DNA of 52,269 bases from a virus, in IMG/VR virus record IMGVR_UViG_3300048076_000002, positions 1 through 52,269 of that record; one strand, 5' to 3'. The translations under genes and the position numbers were made by a program. Positions 17,987 through 26,765 of the stretch are shown piece by piece; position 1 is the first letter of the stretch, and every line of letters starts with the position of its first letter. The notes below the pieces were generated by a model that saw nothing but the letters and a program-made list of their open reading frames with translations, did not search any database and had not been told where the DNA came from.

Positions 17987-18059
17987 AAAAGCCTGGCGTA
18001 ACCAACATGCCCGTTGTGGTCAGGTAACACGCAGAGCGAGATTACGCCAGGCAGCCGGA

Positions 18060-18575
18060 CTACGCCGCTGGAGCGATCACATCCATGCCGCTGATTTTGA
18101 ACGTGATTTCAGCACACTGACGGGCAGTGTTGTCGTCGGCGAGCACTTCACCTTGAGGGACGAACTTATTACAGTGCCCTGTCAGCACAATAATTGGACC
18201 TGTCGCCTCGCCTGAATCCGCAGCCGGGAATTCTAAACGAATATCTCCAGTGCGGTTGTCCATGAAAATAGCGAGTTCACGACCGCCGTAGTCGTTATCC
18301 GGGTCCCAATCAACAACAAATGTGATCGATCCAAGATCGACGATTTTACCTGCCCGAAACTGACGAATGAGATTACCCCACCCGTCAAGACCAGTGTTAG
18401 AGCATGTTGTTTCCACATCACCCCGACTGAATCCAGTCCAGTTAGGACCAGATGTCACACAAATATAAACGTCAGAGGCTGCATCAACAGGATCTGGCGG
18501 TGCGGCTGATCCTGTCGGAACAGTCGTCTGTTCAAACCATTTGAAACGAATACGGGAAGCGTCGCGATTCGCCAT
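18060..18575 (-). CDS. major tail protein
   Basis: 171 aa, directly upstream of the chaperone genes and followed by a long structured spacer. Confidence 0.55.
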   Translation of the reverse strand: MANRDASRIRFKWFEQTTVPTGSAAPPDPVDAASDVYICVTSGPNWTGFSRGDVETTCSNTGLDGWGNLIRQFRAGKIVDLGSITFVVDWDPDNDYGGRELAIFMDNRTGDIRLEFPAADSGEATGPIIVLTGHCNKFVPQGEVLADDNTARQCAEITFKISGMDVIAPAA

Positions 18576-18587
18576 AGTACAAAACTC

Positions 18588-19055
18588 CTAGCAAGTTGCT
18601 TTACCGGAAAATATCAGGATCAAAACTGTTTGATCCGGATTAGACTGGCCTTCTTTCAGCACTGCCGTCTCGTTCTTATCCATCAGTCTTAAATAGTTGA
18701 TAAACACGGTTGTTGTTGGTACGAGGTACGATGTAAGTTGTGTCCTTACACCAGCAACCACCGGCTGAAGAGTATTGACGACTGATTCCATGAGAGTTTT
18801 CCGCTTCACTACATCGTGAGCTACGCATCCGATATCCAGAGTGAATGTGCCGACTTCTTTACTGCCATTCTCCTGCATTCCTTCAGATGAGTGTGCCAGC
18901 GATACAGCAGATGTATCAAAGTACACAAATCCATTAGGCGTTGATCTCATATCATACGACGGCACAAACTGAGATTTGCTGACAGGGATAGTGGAATTAT
19001 TAACCGCTATGGTCAGCAGCTTCTGAATCCCTATGTCCAGGTCTAAACAAAGCAT
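18588..19055 (-). CDS. tail terminator/tail completion protein, putative
   Basis: 155 aa. Called on position upstream of the major tail gene. Confidence 0.4.
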   Translation of the reverse strand: MLCLDLDIGIQKLLTIAVNNSTIPVSKSQFVPSYDMRSTPNGFVYFDTSAVSLAHSSEGMQENGSKEVGTFTLDIGCVAHDVVKRKTLMESVVNTLQPVVAGVRTQLTSYLVPTTTVFINYLRLMDKNETAVLKEGQSNPDQTVLILIFSGKATC

Positions 19056-19060
19056 GGCAA

Positions 19061-19141
19061 TTACAATTCCTGATGAGTCAGACTATACGCGAGCACTACC
19101 GCTAGAAACAGCGATCCGACAACATTCATTACTTCGTACAT
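19061..19141 (-). CDS. possible 26-aa hydrophobic peptide
   Basis: MYEVMNVVGSLFLAVVLAYSLTHQEL with AAGGAC upstream. Below the ORF-track size cutoff and unverified. Confidence 0.25.
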   Translation of the reverse strand: MYEVMNVVGSLFLAVVLAYSLTHQEL

Positions 19142-19163
19142 AATTGCGTCCTTTACTGCTCTG

Positions 19164-19565
19164 TCAGTACAATCCCAATAATTGACGAATCGTTGTCGTC
19201 TGACTGACATTATCCAGAATCTGAATCTGAATCTTCTTTCGATCTCCGAATGGGTCAGTCGCCTTCCCTTTTACCGCGTACACCGTCTGGAGTTCCGGTA
19301 TTACGCATATCATTCCCTCTGTGATCGTCGATGCTAAGCGGGTCCAGGGGCCACGAATCAGCGTCATCTGCTCGCCTTGTATGCGTCCAGAGTCATTCAC
19401 TTCCCGTGGTGCGTTCGCATCTTCTTTACTAAACAAGCCTTTGTAATGAAGTACAAATTCTTGTTCCAATTCACCGGCACTATTCGGATCACTACTCGGC
19501 GTGTAGAACAAACACCGCTTACGCCAGTTAGGAGCAGATCGACGACTTTTTATAATACGAGCCAT
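19164..19565 (-). CDS. head-tail adaptor / head closure protein
   Basis: Start moved to ATG 19565 (MARIIKS...), which is preceded by the leader variant TCTTCAGAAGTTTTG. The C-terminal TVYAVKGKATDPFGDRKKIQIQI fits the head-tail joining family pattern. Confidence 0.5.
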   Translation of the reverse strand: MARIIKSRRSAPNWRKRCLFYTPSSDPNSAGELEQEFVLHYKGLFSKEDANAPREVNDSGRIQGEQMTLIRGPWTRLASTITEGMICVIPELQTVYAVKGKATDPFGDRKKIQIQILDNVSQTTTIRQLLGLY

Positions 19566-19799
19566 ACATCCAGCACCCAACAAAACTTCTGAAGATAGAA
19601 CATACAGCAATCAATCTGACGTGTGAACTTGCGAAAATAATCCGCACTGTCGCTCCTATGGCTGAGCAGCTACGAATGCATCCTGTGACTTCTCACAGAG
19701 TTAAGTCGCCTGGAATCTTCAGTTTCTCCATAAGCTCCACGATCTTGGTATTCACAGCTACTGAGCTTTTGCTTGACCGCAGATTGATTGCTGTACATC

Positions 19800-20423
19800 C
19801 TATCTAAATGCCTCTTTGAACTTCCTGATGACTGTGGCTCGAAACAGAGCCATACACTGTTCTCTCGATGCTTCCAGAGCTTCCTCAACCAGATGATATC
19901 CCTCGACAGGCCCGGCTTTGTAGTGAGTAAACCCGAAGTTAGTCAGATGCCAGTAACGCGATGGTTTCCTCAGTGTGTCTCTCTTTGGGCGGCGGCGGTA
20001 AAAGGATCTGACTTCTTTCGGCTGATACCTTCTCTGGAACGGACTGCCGTTACGCCCAGGTCTTCTATTCTTAATCCCGAATGACACTTGACGGTACAGC
20101 GAAAGACTCTGGTACATCAACGGCTTCTGATCAACAATCGCCTCTCTGTACTTTCTGTTGACACCAACCATCCCGTAGAACTTGTTTGGATCTCGTTTCG
20201 ACTGACCGAACTTTGTTGTGAGTGACCTAAGCGAAGCTCCTGAAGCCTGAGCAGCTTCTCTGGTCATACTCATTGTGACTGTCTTCAACGCATTCCTTGC
20301 CGGTCCCATTGCTGTGCGAATTGATTGACGGATAATGTGCTTCCGAACTTTGTTTAGCAGTCGCGGAAAGCCTGATGTGACTTCAGTTGGAACGTCGAAT
20401 GTAACAACAAAGATTGGACGCAT
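19800..20423 (-). CDS. HK97 gp10-like tail component, putative
   Basis: 207 aa, basic. Called on position within the connector module. Confidence 0.35.
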   Translation of the reverse strand: MRPIFVVTFDVPTEVTSGFPRLLNKVRKHIIRQSIRTAMGPARNALKTVTMSMTREAAQASGASLRSLTTKFGQSKRDPNKFYGMVGVNRKYREAIVDQKPLMYQSLSLYRQVSFGIKNRRPGRNGSPFQRRYQPKEVRSFYRRRPKRDTLRKPSRYWHLTNFGFTHYKAGPVEGYHLVEEALEASREQCMALFRATVIRKFKEAFR

Positions 20424-20432
20424 GAGTTATCA

Positions 20433-21131
20433 CTACCCCCGACTAATAACACGCCAATCGTCCACGATGTATTGAATGGCTCGACGGTCATTCAATAAGT
20501 TATGATCTCGAAGCTGACAGTAACCGACCGGCAACTGAGTTTCATCACTGCCGCGATACTCAAATAAATGGTACGCCAGAACAGTCAATGCCTGAATCGT
20601 GGACTTAGGAACAGCCGCGTACGAAGCGTATCCTGTGTAGTACGACAACGTAATCGGATATGGTTGATCTGTGTCAACGGATGACAGTAATGCAGTCCAG
20701 TCAGTACACCACAGCTTAGACGGTTCATGAGCATAAATCGTATAGTCGCCCGCACTCACAGTCGCTGTTGTTGCGTCATCCTTCACGTACGAGAATGATT
20801 CCAATGCTGTTACTCTGCCGAACGGCATCACAAACACACGATCACAGTGAGCGAATGCATAGACCGGCAGACTCAATGTCACTTTCTTACGAAGAATGAA
20901 TCGCCACTGCTCTTTCTCGCAGATTTGAATGCAGCGGTGTAGTAGAGCAGTTACGTTAACAGGCAAATCCGAATCTGGTGTCTCAACGTCAAAGCCCAGG
21001 TTAACCTTGACGGCATTGAGAAACTCACTCGTAACGATATCCGTTACGGCGGCTTCTGTTGCTAAGTCAAGGTACATTGGCATTGGAGTTACCGGGGAAC
21101 AGCGAGTAGAGAATAGGGAGTAGTCGGACAA
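20433..21131 (-). CDS. head-tail connector (gp6-like), putative
   Basis: Called on position after the capsid genes. The true start may be MPMYLDL at 21083. Confidence 0.45.
   Translation of the reverse strand: MSDYSLFSTRCSPVTPMPMYLDLATEAAVTDIVTSEFLNAVKVNLGFDVETPDSDLPVNVTALLHRCIQICEKEQWRFILRKKVTLSLPVYAFAHCDRVFVMPFGRVTALESFSYVKDDATTATVSAGDYTIYAHEPSKLWCTDWTALLSSVDTDQPYPITLSYYTGYASYAAVPKSTIQALTVLAYHLFEYRGSDETQLPVGYCQLRDHNLLNDRRAIQYIVDDWRVISRG
20682..20691 (+). repeat. TGACAGTAAT motif copy (coding)
   Basis: The only exact copy inside a confident CDS, where it encodes ..ALLSS.. of 20433..21131. Confidence 0.9.
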
Positions 21132-21334
21132 TTACTCTGGCAAGCCGCTTATCAGCCAAACTCTCAGGTAAAAACTGATAAGCGGTGTCAGATGCCAGTC
21201 AGTGCAAGCACTCTACAGGCAAGTGAATCAACTGCTGCTCTGCCCAGGAGACAGCAGCGACAGAACTAGCATAACAGCGGGGTACACATCTGACTCAGTT
21301 GCATCAAGTGCGACTAACTCAGTTCAATACTACC

Positions 21335-21778
21335 TTACGCTGTAGTTCCAGTTCCAGTTGGTGTCAAGTCGCCACGCTGCCAGAGTGGTTCAACCACCAC
21401 AGCAGCTTTGACAGTATTAGTATTCGTTCCGGTCAGACGAACGCAGACTGACAGGAATGCTGCTCCCGCCTGATCTTCAGCGTACGATACCTCTTCGCTG
21501 TCGCACTCGACTGAACAGTCAGTCGTGCCAAGACCGGCAAACGTACAGGTTTTGATGACCGTATGCGTGCCATCACCAGCCGCTGTCGTATTGCCAGTGA
21601 TTGTAACAGTGAGTGTTCCGGTGAGCGTCATTCCGGACAGAACAGCCATCAACTTGCTGAACTTTTCCGTACAGACATAATGAGTGCCAATCGAGCCATT
21701 CATCGTCAAAGTTCCAAGAGCTTTGACGAGATATCTGCTCGACAGATGAGTGAACTTCTGTGCAACCATAGGAACCAA
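21335..21778 (-). CDS. structural protein downstream of the capsid gene (decoration-like?), hypothetical
   Basis: 147 aa, Thr/Gly-rich and likely beta-rich. The leader CTCAGAAATTTTCAAGG lies upstream. Confidence 0.45.
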   Translation of the reverse strand: MVPMVAQKFTHLSSRYLVKALGTLTMNGSIGTHYVCTEKFSKLMAVLSGMTLTGTLTVTITGNTTAAGDGTHTVIKTCTFAGLGTTDCSVECDSEEVSYAEDQAGAAFLSVCVRLTGTNTNTVKAAVVVEPLWQRGDLTPTGTGTTA

Positions 21779-22010
21779 TCCTTGAAAATTTCTGAGGTAA
21801 GAATCAACGCGGCGGTCTAAATGATAGTGCCAGCATGAGATAGTGAAAATGGTGTGAGCGGGACTCGTGTTAGGTAAAGGTGTGAAGAAAACCTAATTTA
21901 AGTCCCACTCACATTTCGCAGTCAGACGACAGTAATGAGAAAAGTGAGAGTAAGACAGCTTTAGAGTGTGAATAGAAAAATGTCTGCATTCTCACTTACA
22001 CGCATCAAGT

Positions 22011-22064
22011 AAGCAGCTTAACGAAAGGTAACAACGAATTCAAAACCTACTCGTCAAGCTGCTT
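22011..22064 (-). other. stem-loop immediately after the capsid gene stop
   Basis: The arms AAGCAGCTTaACGA and TCGTcAAGCTGCTT give a 14-bp stem with 1 mismatch. There is no U-tract, so it is not called a terminator. Confidence 0.5.
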
Positions 22065-22070
22065 GTGTAC

Positions 22071-23558
22071 TTACGTTGCAGCCGTCTTGCTCAGCACGAC
22101 GAATGGAGACAGCGTCAGGCCAGCTTTGACAGGCTGGAGTGTTGACTTCCACCACGGACGTGCATCGTCAAACGATGTGAACAGGAAGACCTCTTCACGT
22201 TCCAGAAATCGCACATGGATGGATCGTGTGATAGTTCCCGTACCGCGTTCCCCGAACAGCATCTGTGACGGATTGACGCAAGCAAAGAAGTTGTCATTCC
22301 ATTCAGAGATCGTCGATCCGTCCTGCCCGACAGTAATGCCATTCATGTACTCGGTCCAGATGACTGGACGACCGAGAATCATGTCAGGCTTACCCGCACC
22401 GTCGCCGGGAGTGAAGATTTTGACCACACCAGCGTTGTTCGGCGACTCAATGCAGAGCGTAGCGATCCAGACGTACAAGTCGAGCGATGCCAGCCAGTAA
22501 CCGCCAGTCTCGTAACCCCAACAACGCTGACGCATCATCAATACGTTCATGCCGTTGAGAATCTGCGTTGCTGGCTGAGTGCCGACAGCTTGTCGCAAGA
22601 CGGTTATAAGTGCTGGATTCGTGGAATGCAGCATACCGAGCGGACGACCGATGCCGTTACCGTTTATCAGTTCATTCATCCGGAACGACTTCTGTTCAGT
22701 ACGCAGTCCATTATCAATCAGAGCAGCAATCGACGTTGGCGAGTCGGCCATCAACTGATTCGTGACCGCTGCGGCTCCGTTGATTTCGTGAGCTTTCAGC
22801 GAAACAACTTCGAATTCCGATTTGCTCAGCGTCGGTGCTGCTGTTTCCTTGCCGCGATAGACACGGAATCCACCCGTGACAGACGACCGATGATCTTTGT
22901 CCACACGAGCAATGATGTCAATGATTGGCGTTGTCATCGGAACGCGAGTCATCTTGCTCGACAACACGTCCGTTTCGGCATCAATCTGCATAACGCCGTC
23001 AAGGAATCCACGAGGAACCATCACACCGGCTGATTCCCAGTTCGCTTTGCTGAATTCGTCGGTGCCGACAGCATCCATCACCAGCCGCTGCATCCGGGGA
23101 TCAGTGTTGTCCGGATTGCCTTTGAACTTGTACATGTTCACGACAGCGGACAGGTAATCCCGCTGAGTGGCGAATCCGTACTTTTCCTTGTCGTCTTCCC
23201 ATCGCGGGCGGGTAGTAATCGGGCCAGATCCGTCGAACATCAGACCGCCACCCAAGTTGACAACCTGGTTGGCTCGCAGCAACATCTGCTGCTTACGCAG
23301 CTTAATGCCTTGCGGTGTTCTCGCCCAAGCGTTCATGACAGCTTCCAGCCGATCAACAGCATCGCCGTATTGAGTCGTTTCGTCAGCCGTCAGCTTGTCG
23401 ACTTTCGCTTCGAAAGCATCCGTAACGGTGATCAGCCGAGTTCTTTCGTCGGTCAACTGATTCATAGTCAGTGTACCAATATCAGCATTCTTGACTTCAG
23501 TGTCGTTGAGAACCATCCCAACAAGGCACGTAGCCCAATGAATGAAAGGAAGACGCAT
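22071..23558 (-). CDS. major capsid protein, HK97 fold
   Basis: Coiled-coil N-terminal region, then LINGNGIGRPLGML and GRPVIWTEYM blocks typical of HK97-family capsids. Start chosen at ATG 23558 (GGAG 7 nt upstream). Confidence 0.85.
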   Translation of the reverse strand: MRLPFIHWATCLVGMVLNDTEVKNADIGTLTMNQLTDERTRLITVTDAFEAKVDKLTADETTQYGDAVDRLEAVMNAWARTPQGIKLRKQQMLLRANQVVNLGGGLMFDGSGPITTRPRWEDDKEKYGFATQRDYLSAVVNMYKFKGNPDNTDPRMQRLVMDAVGTDEFSKANWESAGVMVPRGFLDGVMQIDAETDVLSSKMTRVPMTTPIIDIIARVDKDHRSSVTGGFRVYRGKETAAPTLSKSEFEVVSLKAHEINGAAAVTNQLMADSPTSIAALIDNGLRTEQKSFRMNELINGNGIGRPLGMLHSTNPALITVLRQAVGTQPATQILNGMNVLMMRQRCWGYETGGYWLASLDLYVWIATLCIESPNNAGVVKIFTPGDGAGKPDMILGRPVIWTEYMNGITVGQDGSTISEWNDNFFACVNPSQMLFGERGTGTITRSIHVRFLEREEVFLFTSFDDARPWWKSTLQPVKAGLTLSPFVVLSKTAAT

Positions 23559-23675
23559 ATAAAACTCCACAGGAATTTGATTGAAAGATTCGCAAACCAG
23601 GATTTTGCTTATATGCGTTGCCGTCAGCAATACCCAGCAGTGCCTTCAAGGCACTAAATTCATACAACATCGCGA

Positions 23676-23705
23676 ATATTAGCAGAAGTCGTCGTACTCT
23701 GTCAA
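23676..23705 (-). promoter_or_regulatory. sigma70-like promoter upstream of the capsid gene
   Basis: In minus sense: TTGACA (23705..23700), an 18-nt spacer, then TAATAT (23681..23676). Confidence 0.5.
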
Positions 23706-23748
23706 GCGAAAAATAAGAGAAATTTTAGGCCAAAAAATAGGGCTTAAA

Positions 23749-23958
23749 TCACTCGTCCATCCCGACTGCCTTACATGCCGCTGCATGTACAGCATTGCCG
23801 TCAGGAAGCGATCTTAACGCTCGCATACGACGATTGAAATAATCCCCGCTATCACCTTGAAACAAAGGATCACCGATAGCAGTGAATCGCCACCGACGCA
23901 GCATCTCCACGTAAGGCATAGCGTCAATCTGTGCTATCAATTCATCTGACAAAACCAT
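23749..23958 (-). CDS. hypothetical protein (69 aa)
   Basis: Start context TCAGGTGACTTATG. Lies between the protease and capsid genes. Confidence 0.55.
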   Translation of the reverse strand: MVLSDELIAQIDAMPYVEMLRRWRFTAIGDPLFQGDSGDYFNRRMRALRSLPDGNAVHAAACKAVGMDE

Positions 23959-23998
23959 AAGTCACCTGAGAGTTTCTGAGTTAGAAGGTAATGATGGA

Positions 23999-24010
23999 TG
24001 ACAGTAATCA
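23999..24010 (+). repeat. TGACAGTAATCA motif copy
   Basis: Its terminal TCA is the protease stop codon (TGA in minus sense). Confidence 0.9.
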
Positions 24011-24721
24011 AATCTGCTTACGAGCCAGCAACTTAGCCCGGCGAGCACGAATATCGTTAAGATTATGCACGGCTGACGGTATCACAGTCTTAGCCAGGGC
24101 TTCAGCCGGGATGTTCAGGCAGTTGAGTACATCCGTCTTAGGCGTGCCGTTGCGTACCGTGTGACAGATGCCTTTCTGTACTGTCTCGTCAGCCGACAGA
24201 TATGTTGTCGCATCCATCATTGCATCCACTTCCGTCTCGCTCATATTCGTGCGAGACGTGAAGATGTTCCGGATTGCTGACTTGTGGGCAGTCCAGCGAT
24301 TTGTTACATCCTGGATTGCTTGTAGCGACCCAATCTCTTCGAGCATGTACGGGTTATGTGCCATGAACAAAGCGTTCTGGCAAATCTCCCGGTGATCAGC
24401 AGCAAGAGTCAGCCATCCGGCTGTACTCATAGCGTAGCCGTCAATGATTGCAGTGACGTTGCCGTGTTCACGCAATGCGTTGTAAATAGCAAGACCGGCT
24501 GATACTTCTCCACCGGCTGAGTTTACACGCATCGTCAGTTGCTTTGGAGCGTCTTTTAGGAAGTTCATCACATTCGCAGGCGTGATCCATTCACCCTTCG
24601 AGCTGTTCACAGGCATGATTTGATCATAAATCAGCAACTGCCTGTCAGCATCGAATCCAACATTAGTTACCAGAACACGACCATCCATCAAAGGCTTACT
24701 GTTCAGGACGTACGATTGCAT
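24008..24721 (-). CDS. ClpP-like (S14) head maturation protease
   Basis: MRVNSAGGEVSAGLAIYNALREHGNVTAIIDGYAMSTAGWL...FMAHNP. Start moved to ATG 24721 (MQSYVLN). Confidence 0.85.
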   Translation of the reverse strand: MQSYVLNSKPLMDGRVLVTNVGFDADRQLLIYDQIMPVNSSKGEWITPANVMNFLKDAPKQLTMRVNSAGGEVSAGLAIYNALREHGNVTAIIDGYAMSTAGWLTLAADHREICQNALFMAHNPYMLEEIGSLQAIQDVTNRWTAHKSAIRNIFTSRTNMSETEVDAMMDATTYLSADETVQKGICHTVRNGTPKTDVLNCLNIPAEALAKTVIPSAVHNLNDIRARRAKLLARKQI

Positions 24722-26765
24722 TTGAAAGCTCCATTGGAAAGTTCTGAGAGGAAAGCCATACAGACACAAGGTTAGTGATGGCGTCAACAGGTTTGCCGTC
24801 ATTCACAGACGGATCAGCGTTAAACTGAGAGTTATTGGTTGCGGATGATGTGGTGATCAGGCCGCACCAGGGTGTCAATTGAGAGTTAAGCATGTGAGCG
24901 AACTTACCACCCGGAGCATAGAACTCATCTACTGCTCGCTTCATGTTCAAAGCATGAACAGCATCGGCAAGCGGTCTGTTATTGACGACTCTTGATGTGC
25001 GTTTCTGTTCAAGCACGCGAGTCTCGTATTCTCGAAGACCGTTAATCACATTGCCAAAAGCTGCCCGCATTTTCTTTTCGTTATCAGCTATCCGCTCAGA
25101 ATGCTTCTTACGCTCAACTTCAGTCTCAGCGTTAACATTTTGCTCACGCCAGGCATTAAAGAATCTGGTTGCCAGGTTACGGATACGCTTATCGAGATGC
25201 TTGTTAGACGGAGCTTGATTCATCTTGCCTGACGGCGGTTTAGACTGAGCAGCAGCGGCTTTATCGGCCACTGCCTTGTGTTCTTCGGCAGACACCATTC
25301 CGTCAAGTGTCTGCTGAGATTGTTGAATGTTTTTCTCAGCCTGTTCGATGCCTTTCTCGGCAGCCTCATTTGCAAGCTCAGCACCTTTCTCAAGGTGCAG
25401 TGAGTGCTCGACGGTCATTAGATTGACCGGAACGTAACGAGGATTTGCAGCAGCATCGCCGGGATTAAACCCAAGACCTAAAACTGCTCGCAATTCTGTG
25501 CGATCAAATGTGCCAATTTCGAACAGCTTACGCAATGAGTCCGCCATCTTATCCAAAACACAGCGGTACAGATAGATCGTCTCGTACTCGAATGCGTAGA
25601 GCATGTGCGACGGTAACGGAAGTATCTCAGTCCGGAATTGGCTACAAATACGAGCGATGAATGGGCCTAAGCCTGTCTGAATAAACAAAGCAATTGCATC
25701 CGACAAGTCAACATCACCGGCATCTGTACCCATGTACGAATGCAGTAACGCTGGCGGGATATTGAAAGCACGAGCTATATCCTCAACACTGAATGCCCGT
25801 GACTCGATGAACTGAAGATGCTGGAATGGCAGACCGACTGTTACAGGCTTTAGATTCTGCTCCAGAATGCGAGACTTAAAGATATCGTCCAACGGAGCTT
25901 CAGGATCTGTCTCAAATAGTTTCTCCATTCGAGCCAGCACGTCAGGTGCAAGCCGATGCTCAGTAGAAAGGAATATCTGCGTAGAAATCCCTTTCTCGTA
26001 GAACGCAATACCACACTTCTCGGCTGCTCGATACATTCTCATCGAGTTCTGACCGTTGAAGATAAATCCTTCACCACAGTGAAACTGTGCGTTAAGCACC
26101 TTGCCGCGAAAGTGAACAACCATATCCTTAGGCAATACCATATGCTGATGTTTATCATCGCGAGTCGTATCGCCTGTATCAATGTAATACAGCAACTGAC
26201 CTTGCTCAGCTTTCAAGCCGTTACTCATCTGCTCCCCGCCTTGAGCTTTGCGGATATTACCTCTCGAAACTCTGGACGGATGGATATAATACAGGCGTCC
26301 TGTACGTCCCATACCGTCAAATTCTCGCATGAAGTAGCAATTACCGTCCATCAGTACGTCAAAGATTATGAGCATGAATGCATCATCTGACTGTAGCTCC
26401 GGATGAAAGTAATGCGAGAATAAGCGTGATGCTGGATGATCGGTTGTGAGAACGATCTTTGTCTTTGCTTGTGTGCCTGACTCGACAGCGTACATCTTAC
26501 GCGGACATATCATCATCATGCCGGTGTAAATATCAATAGCACATCGGACAGCAGCGAGTTTAAGGGAGTTGCTTGCCTGTGACGAATTCAACTGCTCAGA
26601 GTTAATAATACCGTACACGTCAGTCCAGGTCAGAGCACCGGCATTATGCACAGCACCTGGCGTAACAGCTTTCGACGACGAAACAGCGTTGATCACAGAC
26701 AGCATCGCATTACGTGATTCTGCTGCCGACGTGTAACCAAGTTTAGCCATGATCCGGTCGAACAT
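24696..26765 (-). CDS. portal protein (HK97 family) with long C-terminal extension
   Basis: SLKLAAVRCAIDIYTGMMMICPRKMY and the overall N-terminal ~450 aa fit a portal. Positioned between TerL and the protease. Confidence 0.8.
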   Translation of the reverse strand: MFDRIMAKLGYTSAAESRNAMLSVINAVSSSKAVTPGAVHNAGALTWTDVYGIINSEQLNSSQASNSLKLAAVRCAIDIYTGMMMICPRKMYAVESGTQAKTKIVLTTDHPASRLFSHYFHPELQSDDAFMLIIFDVLMDGNCYFMREFDGMGRTGRLYYIHPSRVSRGNIRKAQGGEQMSNGLKAEQGQLLYYIDTGDTTRDDKHQHMVLPKDMVVHFRGKVLNAQFHCGEGFIFNGQNSMRMYRAAEKCGIAFYEKGISTQIFLSTEHRLAPDVLARMEKLFETDPEAPLDDIFKSRILEQNLKPVTVGLPFQHLQFIESRAFSVEDIARAFNIPPALLHSYMGTDAGDVDLSDAIALFIQTGLGPFIARICSQFRTEILPLPSHMLYAFEYETIYLYRCVLDKMADSLRKLFEIGTFDRTELRAVLGLGFNPGDAAANPRYVPVNLMTVEHSLHLEKGAELANEAAEKGIEQAEKNIQQSQQTLDGMVSAEEHKAVADKAAAAQSKPPSGKMNQAPSNKHLDKRIRNLATRFFNAWREQNVNAETEVERKKHSERIADNEKKMRAAFGNVINGLREYETRVLEQKRTSRVVNNRPLADAVHALNMKRAVDEFYAPGGKFAHMLNSQLTPWCGLITTSSATNNSQFNADPSVNDGKPVDAITNLVSVWLSSQNFPMELSNAIVRPEQ

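Noticed and set aside
19670-19888. 72-aa minus-strand ORF in the gap between 19800..20423 and the adaptor gene.
   Set aside because: It overlaps the 3' end of 19800..20423 and has no RBS or leader motif. The gap is better explained as a spacer carrying the leader variant TCTTCAGAAGTTTTG in front of ATG 19565.
21145-21185. The 11-bp stem hairpin CCGCTTATCAG/CTGATAAGCGG after 21335..21778 as a rho-independent terminator.
   Set aside because: The loop is 19 nt and there is no U-tract after the 3' arm in minus sense. It may be a structural RNA element, but it is not a confident terminator.
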